From: an uncultured Prevotellaceae bacterium
GTDB taxonomy: Bacteria; Bacteroidota; Bacteroidia; Bacteroidales; Bacteroidaceae
Direction of reading: 5' to 3'
NCBI GenBank assembly: GCA_902799765.1
Contig: CADCBZ010000002.1
Span: forward strand, 39,967-103,966
DNA: 64,000 bases
Within the stretch, counting starts at the first letter, position 1. Each line of letters starts with the position of its first letter. The position numbers and the translations under genes were made by a program. Below, piece by piece: positions 49,316 through 58,721 of the stretch. The notes below the pieces were generated by a model that made no database searches, was not told the DNA's origin, and was given only the letters and a program-made list of their open reading frames with translations.

Positions 49316-49372
49316 TGAAAGGTAAAAAGGTAAAAAAGTAAAATAGTACCAATAATTAATCATTTTACAATT

Positions 49373-51019
49373 ATGGCAAAAACAGTTGAATTTAAGTACG
49401 CACCGATGTTTCAGGTGGGTGAAGACAAAACCGAGTATCGCCTTTTGACAAAAGATGGCGTGACAACCGCCGAGTTTGAAGGTAAGCAAATCGTAAAGGT
49501 CTCTAAGGAGGCCCTGACCCTCTTGGCCCAGCAGGCCTTCCACGATGTGGAGTTCATGCTGCGCCGCGAGCATAATGAGCAGGTGGCTCAAATCCTGACC
49601 GATCCTGAGGCCTCAGAGAATGATAAGTACGTGGCCCTGCAGTTCCTGCGTAATGCCGAGACTGCTGCCAAGGGTATTCTGCCTTTCTGTCAGGATACAG
49701 GTACAGCCATTATCCATGGTGAGAAGGGACAGCAGATCTGGACGGGCTTCGAGGATGAGGAAGCCCTGAGTCTGGGTGTGTTCAACACCTTTACACAGGA
49801 CAACCTGCGCTATTCTCAGAATGCCCCGTTGAACATGTACGACGAGGTGAACACCCGTTGTAATCTCCCTGCCCAGATTGACATCGAGGCTACCGAGGGT
49901 GCTGAGTATAAGTTTGTGATGGTGGCTAAGGGTGGTGGTTCGGCCAACAAGACCTATTTCTACCCCATGACCAAGGCGACCATCCAGAACGAGGGTACCT
50001 TGATTCCTTTCCTGGTAGAGAAGATGAAGAGTCTGGGTACTGCCGCTTGTCCGCCATACCATATTGCCTTTGTGATTGGTGGCACTTCTGCTGAGAAGAA
50101 CCTGCTGACCGTGAAACTCGCTTCGATTAAGTTCTATGATGGTCTGCCCACAACCGGTGATGAGACGGGGCGTGCTTTCCGTGATATTGACCTGGAGCAG
50201 AAACTGATTAAGGAGGCTCAGAAGATTGGTCTCGGTGCGCAGTTCGGTGGTAAGTACTTGGCTCACGATATCCGTGTGATCCGTCTGCCACGTCATGGTG
50301 CTTCTTGTCCGATTGGTATGGGCGTCTCTTGTTCTGCCGACAGAAATATCAAGGCGAAGATCAATGCCGACGGTATCTGGTTGGAGAAGATGGATGCGAA
50401 TCCCACAGAACTGATTCCTGAAGAGTTGCGTAAGCCCGGCGAGGGTGGCAAGGGTATAGAGATCGACCTGAACGAGGGTATCGATGCCGTTCGTAAGGAA
50501 CTCTCTAAGTATCCTGTTAGTACCCGCATCAACCTGAAGGGTACCATCATTGTGGCTCGCGATATTGCACATGCCAAGCTGAAGGCTCGTCTGGATGCCG
50601 GCGAGGGTTTGCCCGATTACTTCAAGAAATATCCTGTGCTCTATGCCGGTCCAGCCAAGACCCCAGAGGGCTATCCTTGTGGTTCGATGGGTCCGACCAC
50701 AGCCAACCGTATGGATCCATACGTAGACGAGTTCCAGGCAAATGGTGCCAGTCTCGTAATGATTGCCAAGGGTAACCGCAGTGATGTAGTGACTGAGGCT
50801 TGTAAGAAGCATGGAGGCTTCTATCTCGGTACCATCGGTGGTGTGGCTGCAGTGCTCTCTCAGAGCTCTATCAAGAGTATCGAGTGTGTGGAGTATCCTG
50901 AACTCGGTATGGAGGCTGTGTGGAAGATTGAGGTAGAGGACTTCCCTGCCTTCATCCTTGTGGATGATAAGGGTAACGACTTCTTCAAGACTTTGAAGCC
51001 TTGGTGCCCGAAAAAATAA
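49373..51019 (+). CDS. Class I (Fe-S dependent) fumarate hydratase
   Basis: 548 aa. Length and blocks ([16 protein letters not shown], and a C-terminal GP.TA.RMD-type block) match FumA/FumB-type hydratases. Confidence 0.92.
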   Translation: MAKTVEFKYAPMFQVGEDKTEYRLLTKDGVTTAEFEGKQIVKVSKEALTLLAQQAFHDVEFMLRREHNEQVAQILTDPEASENDKYVALQFLRNAETAAKGILPFCQDTGTAIIHGEKGQQIWTGFEDEEALSLGVFNTFTQDNLRYSQNAPLNMYDEVNTRCNLPAQIDIEATEGAEYKFVMVAKGGGSANKTYFYPMTKATIQNEGTLIPFLVEKMKSLGTAACPPYHIAFVIGGTSAEKNLLTVKLASIKFYDGLPTTGDETGRAFRDIDLEQKLIKEAQKIGLGAQFGGKYLAHDIRVIRLPRHGASCPIGMGVSCSADRNIKAKINADGIWLEKMDANPTELIPEELRKPGEGGKGIEIDLNEGIDAVRKELSKYPVSTRINLKGTIIVARDIAHAKLKARLDAGEGLPDYFKKYPVLYAGPAKTPEGYPCGSMGPTTANRMDPYVDEFQANGASLVMIAKGNRSDVVTEACKKHGGFYLGTIGGVAAVLSQSSIKSIECVEYPELGMEAVWKIEVEDFPAFILVDDKGNDFFKTLKPWCPKK

Positions 51020-52443
51020 TCTTTAGTTTATGCCTGGCGCTGGCTGTGGGAACAGCCAGCGCTCAGCGCTTAGGTTGTCTGGTTCATGGGGATCAGGGAA
51101 CAACACGTGGTAGTGGCGTGTCTTTGCCTGAACCGATTGATTTCGATCCTCAGAAGACCTATCGGATGCCTATCGTGCTGATCTCGTTTGACGATACGGA
51201 TTTCTCGATGGCAGATCCCAAGTCCTATTACCATCGTGTGTTCAATGAACAGGGCTATAACGAGGGGGCAGGGCTGGGGTGCCTTGCCGATTATTTCCGT
51301 GACCAGTCGGATGGTCGCCTGAATATGCAGTTCGATATCTATGGGCCTTACAAGGTCAGTCAGTCAGCTGGCGGACATGGAGGAAACTACTATGGTACGG
51401 ATGTCATCTCAGATGCTGTAGCGCAGTTGTATAAGTCTGAATCGACAGATTTCTCCATCTACGACTGGAATGGTGATGGCGAGGTGAACCTGGTGTTCTT
51501 CGTGGCAGCGGGTTATGGTGGGCATCAGGTCACAGGCTATATCTGGCCTAACTCTCAGTTTTTGGATGTGAAGTTGCCGGGTAACAGGGGAGCCTATTTC
51601 TGTTCTATCGCCACCGAGTTGTGGAAAGACGGTTCTTTAAATGGTTTTGGCACCATTGCCCATGAGATCTGTCATGGGTTGGGGTTGCCTGATATCTATC
51701 CTTTAGGGACTGCAACTGCTTTCTCTGCTGTCGATGAATGGGATCTGTTGGATGGTGGAAATTATACTAACAAAGGATGGTGTCCGCCTAACTTCTCGGC
51801 GATGGAGAAGATGTACCTGGGGTGGGATCAGCCTGAGGAACTGACGCAGACCACTACGATCACAGGTATGAAACCTGTCAGTAAGGGCGGACAGACTTAT
51901 CTCATCCGCTGTTCTGACAATAGTGATGAATTTTATCTTTTGGAGAACCGCCAGCAGGAGGGCTGGGACTATGGGAGTCCGGGACATGGGCTGCTTATTT
52001 TTTATGTGGATTATTCAAAGTCCAGTTGGGAATATAATGAGGTGAATATCTCCGACGCTCATTATCGCTTTGACCTCTCCCATGCCGATGGGAAAGACTA
52101 TCTGGCCTGGGATCCCGCTAATGATGGTAAAGACCCCAATAAGTGGTCCATGCCTAATTGTCTGCGTAATATCTATCTCAGTACCTCACCTTATCCTTAT
52201 GGGGAAAACCAGAGCCTAACAATCAATAGTTCAAATATTATCTCAAACATCCGCCAGGCTACCGATGGTACCATCTCCTTCGACTTTGTGAGGGACACAT
52301 CTGGCATCCATAGCCCTTCAACAGAGGCTGTGCCAGTGGCTTATTATGACCTGAAAGGCAACCTGTTGCCAGGGTTACCATGGAATCCTGGTATCTATAT
52401 CATCCAATATGCCGATGGCACCACGAAGAAATGCATCCGTTGA
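51001..52443 (+). CDS. M6-like (immune inhibitor A-type) metalloprotease with a T9SS C-terminal sorting domain
   Basis: 480 aa with the zinc motif [11 protein letters not shown], a signal peptide ([13 protein letters not shown]) and a C-terminal CTD-like segment (YYDLKGNLL...[18 protein letters not shown]). No ATG is available, so the start must be TTG (51001) or GTG (51004). It overlaps the fumarase 3' end by 19 nt. Confidence 0.72.
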   Translation: MVPEKIIFSLCLALAVGTASAQRLGCLVHGDQGTTRGSGVSLPEPIDFDPQKTYRMPIVLISFDDTDFSMADPKSYYHRVFNEQGYNEGAGLGCLADYFRDQSDGRLNMQFDIYGPYKVSQSAGGHGGNYYGTDVISDAVAQLYKSESTDFSIYDWNGDGEVNLVFFVAAGYGGHQVTGYIWPNSQFLDVKLPGNRGAYFCSIATELWKDGSLNGFGTIAHEICHGLGLPDIYPLGTATAFSAVDEWDLLDGGNYTNKGWCPPNFSAMEKMYLGWDQPEELTQTTTITGMKPVSKGGQTYLIRCSDNSDEFYLLENRQQEGWDYGSPGHGLLIFYVDYSKSSWEYNEVNISDAHYRFDLSHADGKDYLAWDPANDGKDPNKWSMPNCLRNIYLSTSPYPYGENQSLTINSSNIISNIRQATDGTISFDFVRDTSGIHSPSTEAVPVAYYDLKGNLLPGLPWNPGIYIIQYADGTTKKCIR

Positions 52444-52451
52444 TGCATTTC
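52428..52451 (+). terminator. Putative terminator overlapping the protease stop codon
   Basis: Perfect 10-bp stem gaaatgcatc/gatgcatttc with loop cgtt, followed by T-rich sequence. Confidence 0.55.
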
Positions 52452-52515
52452 TCTTTATTTGTATAAAAAAAGTTAAACTATGGTGCGTAGATTCTTCTCG
52501 AAAGAAGATAAGTTG

Positions 52516-52523
52516 TAACTTTG
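52516..52523 (+). promoter_or_regulatory. -7 promoter box TAACTTTG
   Basis: It lies about 59 nt upstream of the ATG at 52582. Confidence 0.4.
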
Positions 52524-52581
52524 TAGCGGTGATATTATAAAAAACATCTTTTATTTCTTTAACATTTTAAATCTAAGTAAA

Positions 52582-53445
52582 ATGAAAACTTATTTTCGTT
52601 TGATTGTTGCACTTTGTGCAATGGTATCATGTGAGCGACCGATTATCGGTGGAGAAGAGTCAGAAGCGATTAATGGCAACCTGATGGTGCGTGTTTTTCA
52701 GATTGAGAAAACATCGTTTGCGAGTTTGACCCGTAGTGCAGAGCCTGTGGGTGATGTGTGTACGCGACTGAACTACGCGGTGTATGATCAAGAAGGATCG
52801 CGCGTGAAGCAAGTGAACCAGACGTCGGATGCCCCGGACTTTGGTTCGGTCTCGTTCCGATTGGAGGAGGGTGACTATATGTTGGTGGTTATGGCCCATA
52901 GTGCGAATGGCAATCCAACGATGACCAATTCGGCGAAGATTCAGTTTACCAATGCGACGGGGTATGCTGACACGTTTCTCTATAGGGATGAAGTGAGCAT
53001 TGACGAAGAGCCGGTGGAGATGCAGGTATCGTTAGAGCGTATTACGTCATTGTGCCGCTTTGTGATTACCGACGAGAGTATCCCGGTAGAGGTGAAGAAG
53101 ATGCGGTTCTATTATACGGGCGGCTCTGGCGCATTCGATGCTTCGACGGGGTTGGGATCGGTGAATAGTAAGCAGGTGATGACATTTGATGTCGACCAGA
53201 ATCAGAAACAGTTCGATCTGTACACCTTCCTTCACGAGTCATCCAGTGCCATCAGCCTGAAGGTGACAGCACTGGATGCCAATGATAATGTGTTGTATGA
53301 ACGGGAGTTCGACGTGCCGATGGAACAAAACCACATCACGTGGTTGTCGGGTGCATACTTTAACGGAAGCGGTTCGTCGGCATCGACAAACATCGGTGTG
53401 ACAGTGAATACCGACTGGGCTGGCGATATACACCTGACATTCTAA
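52582..53445 (+). CDS. Lipoprotein, FimB/Mfa2-like fimbrial anchor family (tentative)
   Basis: 287 aa with a lipobox (LCAMVSC). The overall sequence resembles Mfa2/FimB-type proteins as I recall them. No other fimbrial genes are adjacent. Confidence 0.5.
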   Translation: MKTYFRLIVALCAMVSCERPIIGGEESEAINGNLMVRVFQIEKTSFASLTRSAEPVGDVCTRLNYAVYDQEGSRVKQVNQTSDAPDFGSVSFRLEEGDYMLVVMAHSANGNPTMTNSAKIQFTNATGYADTFLYRDEVSIDEEPVEMQVSLERITSLCRFVITDESIPVEVKKMRFYYTGGSGAFDASTGLGSVNSKQVMTFDVDQNQKQFDLYTFLHESSSAISLKVTALDANDNVLYEREFDVPMEQNHITWLSGAYFNGSGSSASTNIGVTVNTDWAGDIHLTF

Positions 53446-53448
53446 GCT

Positions 53449-55956
53449 TTAGTTCCTGAAGACCAGGCCTTCGCCAAATTCGTCGATGATGATCGGTTTG
53501 TCACGATCGACCTCATCGGCCAGAAGCTTCTTGGAGAGGTCGTTGAGCACGAACTGTTGGATGGCACGTTTGACAGGACGGGCTCCAAAGTCGGGGTCGT
53601 AACCCTCTTCTGCCAAGTAGGCAATGGCCTGCGGCGTGATCTCCAGACGGATACCCTGAGGTTCCAGCATCTCCGATACCCGCTTCATCTGCAGACGGAC
53701 CACGTCGCTGATCTGCTCCTTCGTGAGCGGCGTGAAAGTGATGATCTCATCGATACGGTTCAGGAACTCCGGACGCATGTTCTGGCGCAGTTGCTCCCGT
53801 GTCGCATTTGAGGTCATGATGATGATCGTGTTCTTGAAGTTGGCGGTACGTCCCTTGTTGTCCGTCAGACGACCATCGTCCAATACCTGCAAGAGGATGT
53901 TGAACACATCGGGATGTGCCTTCTCGATCTCATCGAAGAGCACGACAGAGTAAGGCTTACGGCGCACAGCCTCCGTGAGCTGACCGCCTTCGTCGTAGCC
54001 GACATAGCCTGGAGGCGCACCAATCAGGCGGGAGACACTGTACTTCTCCTGATATTCCGACATATCGATACGCGTCATCATCGTCTCATCGTTGAACAGA
54101 TAGTCTGCCAAGGTCTTGGCAAGTTCAGTCTTACCGACACCTGTTGTACCTAAGAAGATGAAGGAGGCAATCGGTCGCTTCGGATCCTGTAAGCCTGCAC
54201 GTGAACGGCGCACGGCATCAGAGACGGCTGTAATGGCTTCGTCCTGACCGATCACACGTTTATGTAGCTCTGCTTCGAGGTGAAGCAGCTTCTCACGCTC
54301 ACTCTGCATCATCTTCGTGACAGGGATACCCGTCCAGCGGGATACCACTTCTGCGATGTCGTCAGCCGTCACTTCTTCACGAACGAGCGAGTCACCATTC
54401 TGAGCTGAGGCCAGTTGATTCTGGATGGCCTTAATGTCATCTTCCAAGGCCTTCAGCTTAGAGTAGCGAATCTCGGCCACCTTGCCATAGTCACCCTCGC
54501 GTTCTGCCCGTTCGGCCTCGAGTTTCAGACTCTCCATCTCCTGTTTGTCCTGCTGGATCTTGTTGATGAGTTGGCGCTCGCCCTCCCATTTGGCACGGAA
54601 CTGTGTCTCTTGCTCCTTCAGTTCTGCGATATCCTTGTCGAGTTGGGCAATCTTTGGCTCATCGCCCTCGCGCTTGATGGCCTCGCGCTCGATTTCGAGC
54701 TGAGCCAGACGACGGGTGATCTCATCGAGTTCCTCAGGTACGGAGTCACGCTCCATACGCAGTTTGGCGGCGGCCTCATCCATCAGGTCGATGGCCTTGT
54801 CAGGCAAAAATCTTTCTGAGATATAGCGCTCAGAGAGCTGCACGGCGGCGATACAGGCATCATCCTGGATACGTACCTTGTGGTGGTTCTCATACCGCTC
54901 CTTCAGACCTCGCAGGATAGAAATGGCACTGAGTTCGTCCGGCTCGTCCACCATCACCGTCTGGAATCGACGCTCCAGGGCCTTGTCCTTCTCGAAGTAC
55001 TTCTGGTATTCGTTCAGGGTCGTAGCACCAATGGCTCTGAGCTCACCACGAGCCAAGGCTGGTTTTAGGATGTTGGCAGCATCCATCGCACCCTCACCAC
55101 CACCAGCACCTACCAAGGTGTGAATCTCATCGATAAAGAGGATGATGCGTCCATCGGCTTTCGTCACCTCGTTGATGACGCTCTTCAGACGTTCCTCAAA
55201 CTCACCCTTATACTTCGCACCAGCCACGAGCGCACCCATGTCGAGCGAATAGAGTTGTTTGTCCTTCAGGTTCTCGGGCACATCACCCCGTACAATACGA
55301 CCAGCCAGTCCTTCCACAATGGCAGTCTTACCCGTACCGGGCTCACCAATCAGAATCGGGTTGTTCTTCGTACGACGTGAGAGAATCTGCAAGAGACGGC
55401 GGATCTCATCATCACGACCGATGACAGGGTCGAGTCTGCCTTGACGGGCGAGATCCACGAGGTTCTTAGCGTATTTCTCCAGCGACTGATAGTTGTCATC
55501 AGCCGACTGTGACTGTACCTTCTGTCCCTGGCGCAGGGCCTGAATGGCCTGCTGCATCTCCTTTTCCGTGCAGCCGGCATCCTTCATAATGCGCGAAGCG
55601 GTAGAGTTGACAGTGAGAAGCGCTTGTAACACTGGCTCACATGCCACGAACTCGTCGCCCTGTTTCGTGGCGATCTCTTGTGCACGCACGAGTACATTAT
55701 TACTATCATGAGAGAGATATGGCTGACCGCCCTGTACCTTCGGCAGATGCTGGATCTCTTGATCAACGAGCATCTCTATCTGTTGGGCGTTCACGCCGAG
55801 TTTCTGGAAGATGAAGGTGCATACGTCCTTCGCCTTCTCCAACACACCCTTGAGGATGTGAACAGGTTCTATCACCTGCTGACCGTTCAGCTGTGCGGTG
55901 TTCACTGCCTGCTGTACGGCCTCCTGTGCTTTGATTGTAAATTTGTCGAGTGTCAT
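53449..55956 (-). CDS. clpB: ATP-dependent chaperone ClpB
   Basis: 835 aa with two AAA+ modules (GEPGTGKTA and GTTGVGKTE Walker A motifs), a coiled-coil middle domain and a Clp N-domain. Confidence 0.97.
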   Translation of the reverse strand: MTLDKFTIKAQEAVQQAVNTAQLNGQQVIEPVHILKGVLEKAKDVCTFIFQKLGVNAQQIEMLVDQEIQHLPKVQGGQPYLSHDSNNVLVRAQEIATKQGDEFVACEPVLQALLTVNSTASRIMKDAGCTEKEMQQAIQALRQGQKVQSQSADDNYQSLEKYAKNLVDLARQGRLDPVIGRDDEIRRLLQILSRRTKNNPILIGEPGTGKTAIVEGLAGRIVRGDVPENLKDKQLYSLDMGALVAGAKYKGEFEERLKSVINEVTKADGRIILFIDEIHTLVGAGGGEGAMDAANILKPALARGELRAIGATTLNEYQKYFEKDKALERRFQTVMVDEPDELSAISILRGLKERYENHHKVRIQDDACIAAVQLSERYISERFLPDKAIDLMDEAAAKLRMERDSVPEELDEITRRLAQLEIEREAIKREGDEPKIAQLDKDIAELKEQETQFRAKWEGERQLINKIQQDKQEMESLKLEAERAEREGDYGKVAEIRYSKLKALEDDIKAIQNQLASAQNGDSLVREEVTADDIAEVVSRWTGIPVTKMMQSEREKLLHLEAELHKRVIGQDEAITAVSDAVRRSRAGLQDPKRPIASFIFLGTTGVGKTELAKTLADYLFNDETMMTRIDMSEYQEKYSVSRLIGAPPGYVGYDEGGQLTEAVRRKPYSVVLFDEIEKAHPDVFNILLQVLDDGRLTDNKGRTANFKNTIIIMTSNATREQLRQNMRPEFLNRIDEIITFTPLTKEQISDVVRLQMKRVSEMLEPQGIRLEITPQAIAYLAEEGYDPDFGARPVKRAIQQFVLNDLSKKLLADEVDRDKPIIIDEFGEGLVFRN

Positions 55957-56019
55957 ATCTTTGTCCTCCTTTTTTCTTTTGTCTAAAAATCAACAAAGGA
56001 TGTGCCTGAGGGATAATTA

Positions 56020-56055
56020 CCGACAATTTGTCGGGGTTTGCTGACGATTCGTCAG
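56020..56055. promoter_or_regulatory. Two adjacent related 15-nt palindromes in the clpB / M28 divergent region (candidate operators)
   Basis: CCGACAAtTTGTCGG (56020-34) and CTGACGAtTCGTCAG (56041-55), 6 nt apart. The shared pattern is C-Y-GAC-R-A-t-T-Y-GTC-R-G. Confidence 0.4.
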
Positions 56056-56108
56056 TGTGATTCTTAAAATCCACATAAATAGGGATTGTGTAATTGGCTG
56101 AAAGGTTG

Positions 56109-56116
56109 TACCTTTG
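56109..56116 (+). promoter_or_regulatory. -7 promoter box TACCTTTG for the M28 peptidase operon
   Basis: TACCTTTG lies 27 nt upstream of the ATG at 56143. Confidence 0.45.
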
Positions 56117-56142
56117 CAGCCGATAAAAGTAAAAAAGTAAAT

Positions 56143-57441
56143 ATGAAGAGATTATTTTGTAAAGTAGAGGTAATGGCAAAATGGGTGATTGTTTTACCCT
56201 TTTACCTTTTTACCTTTTTACCTTTACATGCGCAGCAGGATGAGATGCGTCAGACGGTGGCATATCTGGCTTCGCAGGAACTTGGGGGCAGATACCCAGG
56301 CACAGCAGGTGACAGCCTTGCCTCTGATTATATTGTCGGTCAGCTTCGCAGTCTGAAGTTCAAACCTGTCATCAAGGCCAAGAAAGATAAGGGTTACTAT
56401 CAGGACTTCAACTTTACCAAGAAGGAACAGGAGATCAGAACCCATAACATCATCGCGGTGCTGCCTGGCAAGGACAAGCATCTGAAACACGAATATATTG
56501 TGGTGGGTTCGCATTACGACCATTTAGGATTGGGCGGTCAGGGCTCCGGTTCACGTCGTCCAGACACGTTGGCCGTACACCCTGGTGCTGATGATAATGC
56601 CAGCGGTGATGCCGTGGTACTTCAGTTGGCCAAGTATTTCAAGCAGAAGGGTTCCCCCCGAAGCATCATCTTTGCTTTCTTTGGGGCAGAGGAACAAGGA
56701 CTGATTGGCAGCAAGCAGTTCCTGGAATGGATGAAAAAGGCAGATGCCCAACGCATCAATCTCCCTGCCGATCCCAAAGGGATCGTAGCCATGGTGAACT
56801 TGGATATGGTGGGACGTATGCGCGACAGTGCCATGAGTGTCTCAGGAACTGGTACCAGTAGTACCTTTAAGGCGATCGTAGAACAGGTGGCAGAACAGAC
56901 CAAACTGAATGTCAGTTGTACGCCCGACGGTTACGGTCCGAGTGATCATGCGTCGTTTGTGGCTGCAGAGATTCCTGTACTCTTCCTCACTACAGGTGGG
57001 CATATGGAGTATCACACCCCAGACGATCTGCCTCCCACCTTGAACTATGACGGTCTGCAACAGACCCTGACATTCTCGGAGGCATTGATTGACCGTCTGG
57101 CCAGTCTGCCCACAACTCCTGATTATATCAGTGTGCCCAGCAGCAACACGATGAAGCATGCCAAGTTTAAGGTGACCTTAGGACTGATGCCCGATGTCAT
57201 GGGTGCCAGTCGTATTCCCGGTCTTCGTGCCGACATTGTGGTGGCAGGTAAACCTGCCTATCAGGCTGGTATCAGAAGTGGTGACATCATTCAAGAGATC
57301 GATGGTAAGCCAGTGAGTAATATTAATGAATATATGGAGCGTCTGTCGGAGCTTCAGCCTGATACCACCATTCCGGTAAAGGTGCTGAGAGGTGAAGAGA
57401 TAATCACGTTTGACGTTCACTTAGCTCCTGCGAAGAAATGA
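56143..57441 (+). CDS. M28-family aminopeptidase with a C-terminal PDZ domain
   Basis: 432 aa from the ATG at 56143; an alternative start is Met 56176 (MAKWVIVLPFYLFTFLPLHAQ). It has the M28 blocks HYDHLG and GADDNASG, and a PDZ-like C-terminus (GIRSGDIIQEIDGKPV). Confidence 0.8.
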   Translation: MKRLFCKVEVMAKWVIVLPFYLFTFLPLHAQQDEMRQTVAYLASQELGGRYPGTAGDSLASDYIVGQLRSLKFKPVIKAKKDKGYYQDFNFTKKEQEIRTHNIIAVLPGKDKHLKHEYIVVGSHYDHLGLGGQGSGSRRPDTLAVHPGADDNASGDAVVLQLAKYFKQKGSPRSIIFAFFGAEEQGLIGSKQFLEWMKKADAQRINLPADPKGIVAMVNLDMVGRMRDSAMSVSGTGTSSTFKAIVEQVAEQTKLNVSCTPDGYGPSDHASFVAAEIPVLFLTTGGHMEYHTPDDLPPTLNYDGLQQTLTFSEALIDRLASLPTTPDYISVPSSNTMKHAKFKVTLGLMPDVMGASRIPGLRADIVVAGKPAYQAGIRSGDIIQEIDGKPVSNINEYMERLSELQPDTTIPVKVLRGEEIITFDVHLAPAKK

Positions 57442-58223
57442 AGAAATCTGTCTATTGGTTGTTAGCGGTTGTCATCACGTTGGTACTGAGTGTTTATCAG
57501 CGCATGACGGGGCCGACGCATCCCAAACGGGTGACCGTCGAACTGAATGGGGAGAGTTACCAACAGAAATTGCCTCGGAGTGGGGTGCAGCAGGATGAGA
57601 TCGTGACTTTGAAGGATCTTCCGGAAGATGCGATCGTGCAACTGCATTACCGTCGTTTCCCGACGAAGGATGATTATACCACGGTGGATTTCTGTTGGAT
57701 AGACAGTACCTGGCAGGCGACCTTGCCTGTACAACCTGTGGCGGGCAAGTTGCAGTATTATATCTCCGTCAATGGCAAAAAATATCCGGCCGATGAGCCC
57801 TTGCTGATCCGTTTCCGTCATGATGTGCCTGCTTCTATTCTGGTGCCGCATATCCTGTTTATGTTTGCATCGATGCTGTTTGCAGTCTATAGCTTCCTGT
57901 TGGTGATAGCGCGTAAGCCTTACAAAAAATGGTTGTGGATCACGGTGGGAACGCTATTCGTCGGTGGTTTTGTCTTAGGTCCCCTCGTACAGCATGTCGC
58001 ATTCGGCCCTTGGTGGGCAGGCTATCCTTATGGGACAGACCTGACAGACAATAAGACCCTGCTGAGTTTCCTGTTCTTCCTGCTGGCCCTTGCGACCATG
58101 AAGTGGAAGTGCAACAGGTGGATCGTCGGTTTGGCGGTGTTGTTTATGATTGCCATTTTCAGTATTCCGCACAGTGCCTATGGCTCGGAGTATGATTACG
58201 AGAAACAAGAATTAAAAAAGTAA
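57438..58223 (+). CDS. Hypothetical integral membrane protein
   Basis: 261 aa with an N-terminal TM, a soluble segment of about 120 aa and several C-terminal TM helices. An ATGA overlap joins it to the M28 gene. Confidence 0.7.
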   Translation: MKKSVYWLLAVVITLVLSVYQRMTGPTHPKRVTVELNGESYQQKLPRSGVQQDEIVTLKDLPEDAIVQLHYRRFPTKDDYTTVDFCWIDSTWQATLPVQPVAGKLQYYISVNGKKYPADEPLLIRFRHDVPASILVPHILFMFASMLFAVYSFLLVIARKPYKKWLWITVGTLFVGGFVLGPLVQHVAFGPWWAGYPYGTDLTDNKTLLSFLFFLLALATMKWKCNRWIVGLAVLFMIAIFSIPHSAYGSEYDYEKQELKK

Positions 58224-58241
58224 ATATTAAATTTAGAAGTT

Positions 58242-58721
58242 ATGAAGATTAAGCATTTTATGATGATGACGATGGCTGCAGTGGCCCTCGTGTTTGGTGT
58301 GAGTTCATGTGGTGGTGATGACGATGTACCTGAGGCACCGGTTGCTGCACAGGTGGCAGGTTCCTATACAGGTACAGAAGTTCTTACTGTTAGTGGAGAG
58401 GCAGATGAAAGTACTGAGACATTTGTTTTTACTAAAGCCACAGATGTATCAGTTGATGTGACGCTTCCCGAATATGGTGAGGGTATGATGACGATCCCTG
58501 CACTTCCTGTGAAAGGTATTATGCTGACCAAGAGTGGCAATACTATTACCGGCAAGCTTGACAAATACGAAGGTACTACGGAAGCAGGGAAGGCCTATAC
58601 CATTAGTAATATTGTAGTCAGCTTCAGTGACAAGACCGTTGTGATGACATTTGAAATGAAGTACGGCAGTATGCCCTTTGGTTTTGATGGTCAGTTTACG
58701 GGCAATAGGTCGGTGAAGTAA
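58242..58721 (+). CDS. Small lipoprotein, lipocalin/calycin-like (tentative)
   Basis: 159 aa with a lipobox (FGVSSC). Beta-rich sequence follows the AGSYTGT motif. It lies immediately upstream of the TonB-dependent receptor. Confidence 0.65.
   Translation: MKIKHFMMMTMAAVALVFGVSSCGGDDDVPEAPVAAQVAGSYTGTEVLTVSGEADESTETFVFTKATDVSVDVTLPEYGEGMMTIPALPVKGIMLTKSGNTITGKLDKYEGTTEAGKAYTISNIVVSFSDKTVVMTFEMKYGSMPFGFDGQFTGNRSVK

Noticed and set aside
53449-55956. ClpB appears about 25 aa shorter than the Bacteroidales ClpB proteins I remember (short segment [16 protein letters not shown] after the second AAA+ module)
   Set aside because: Both AAA+ modules, the middle domain and the C-terminal domain read through without a frame break. 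I cannot verify typical lengths without a database, so I do not call it truncated.
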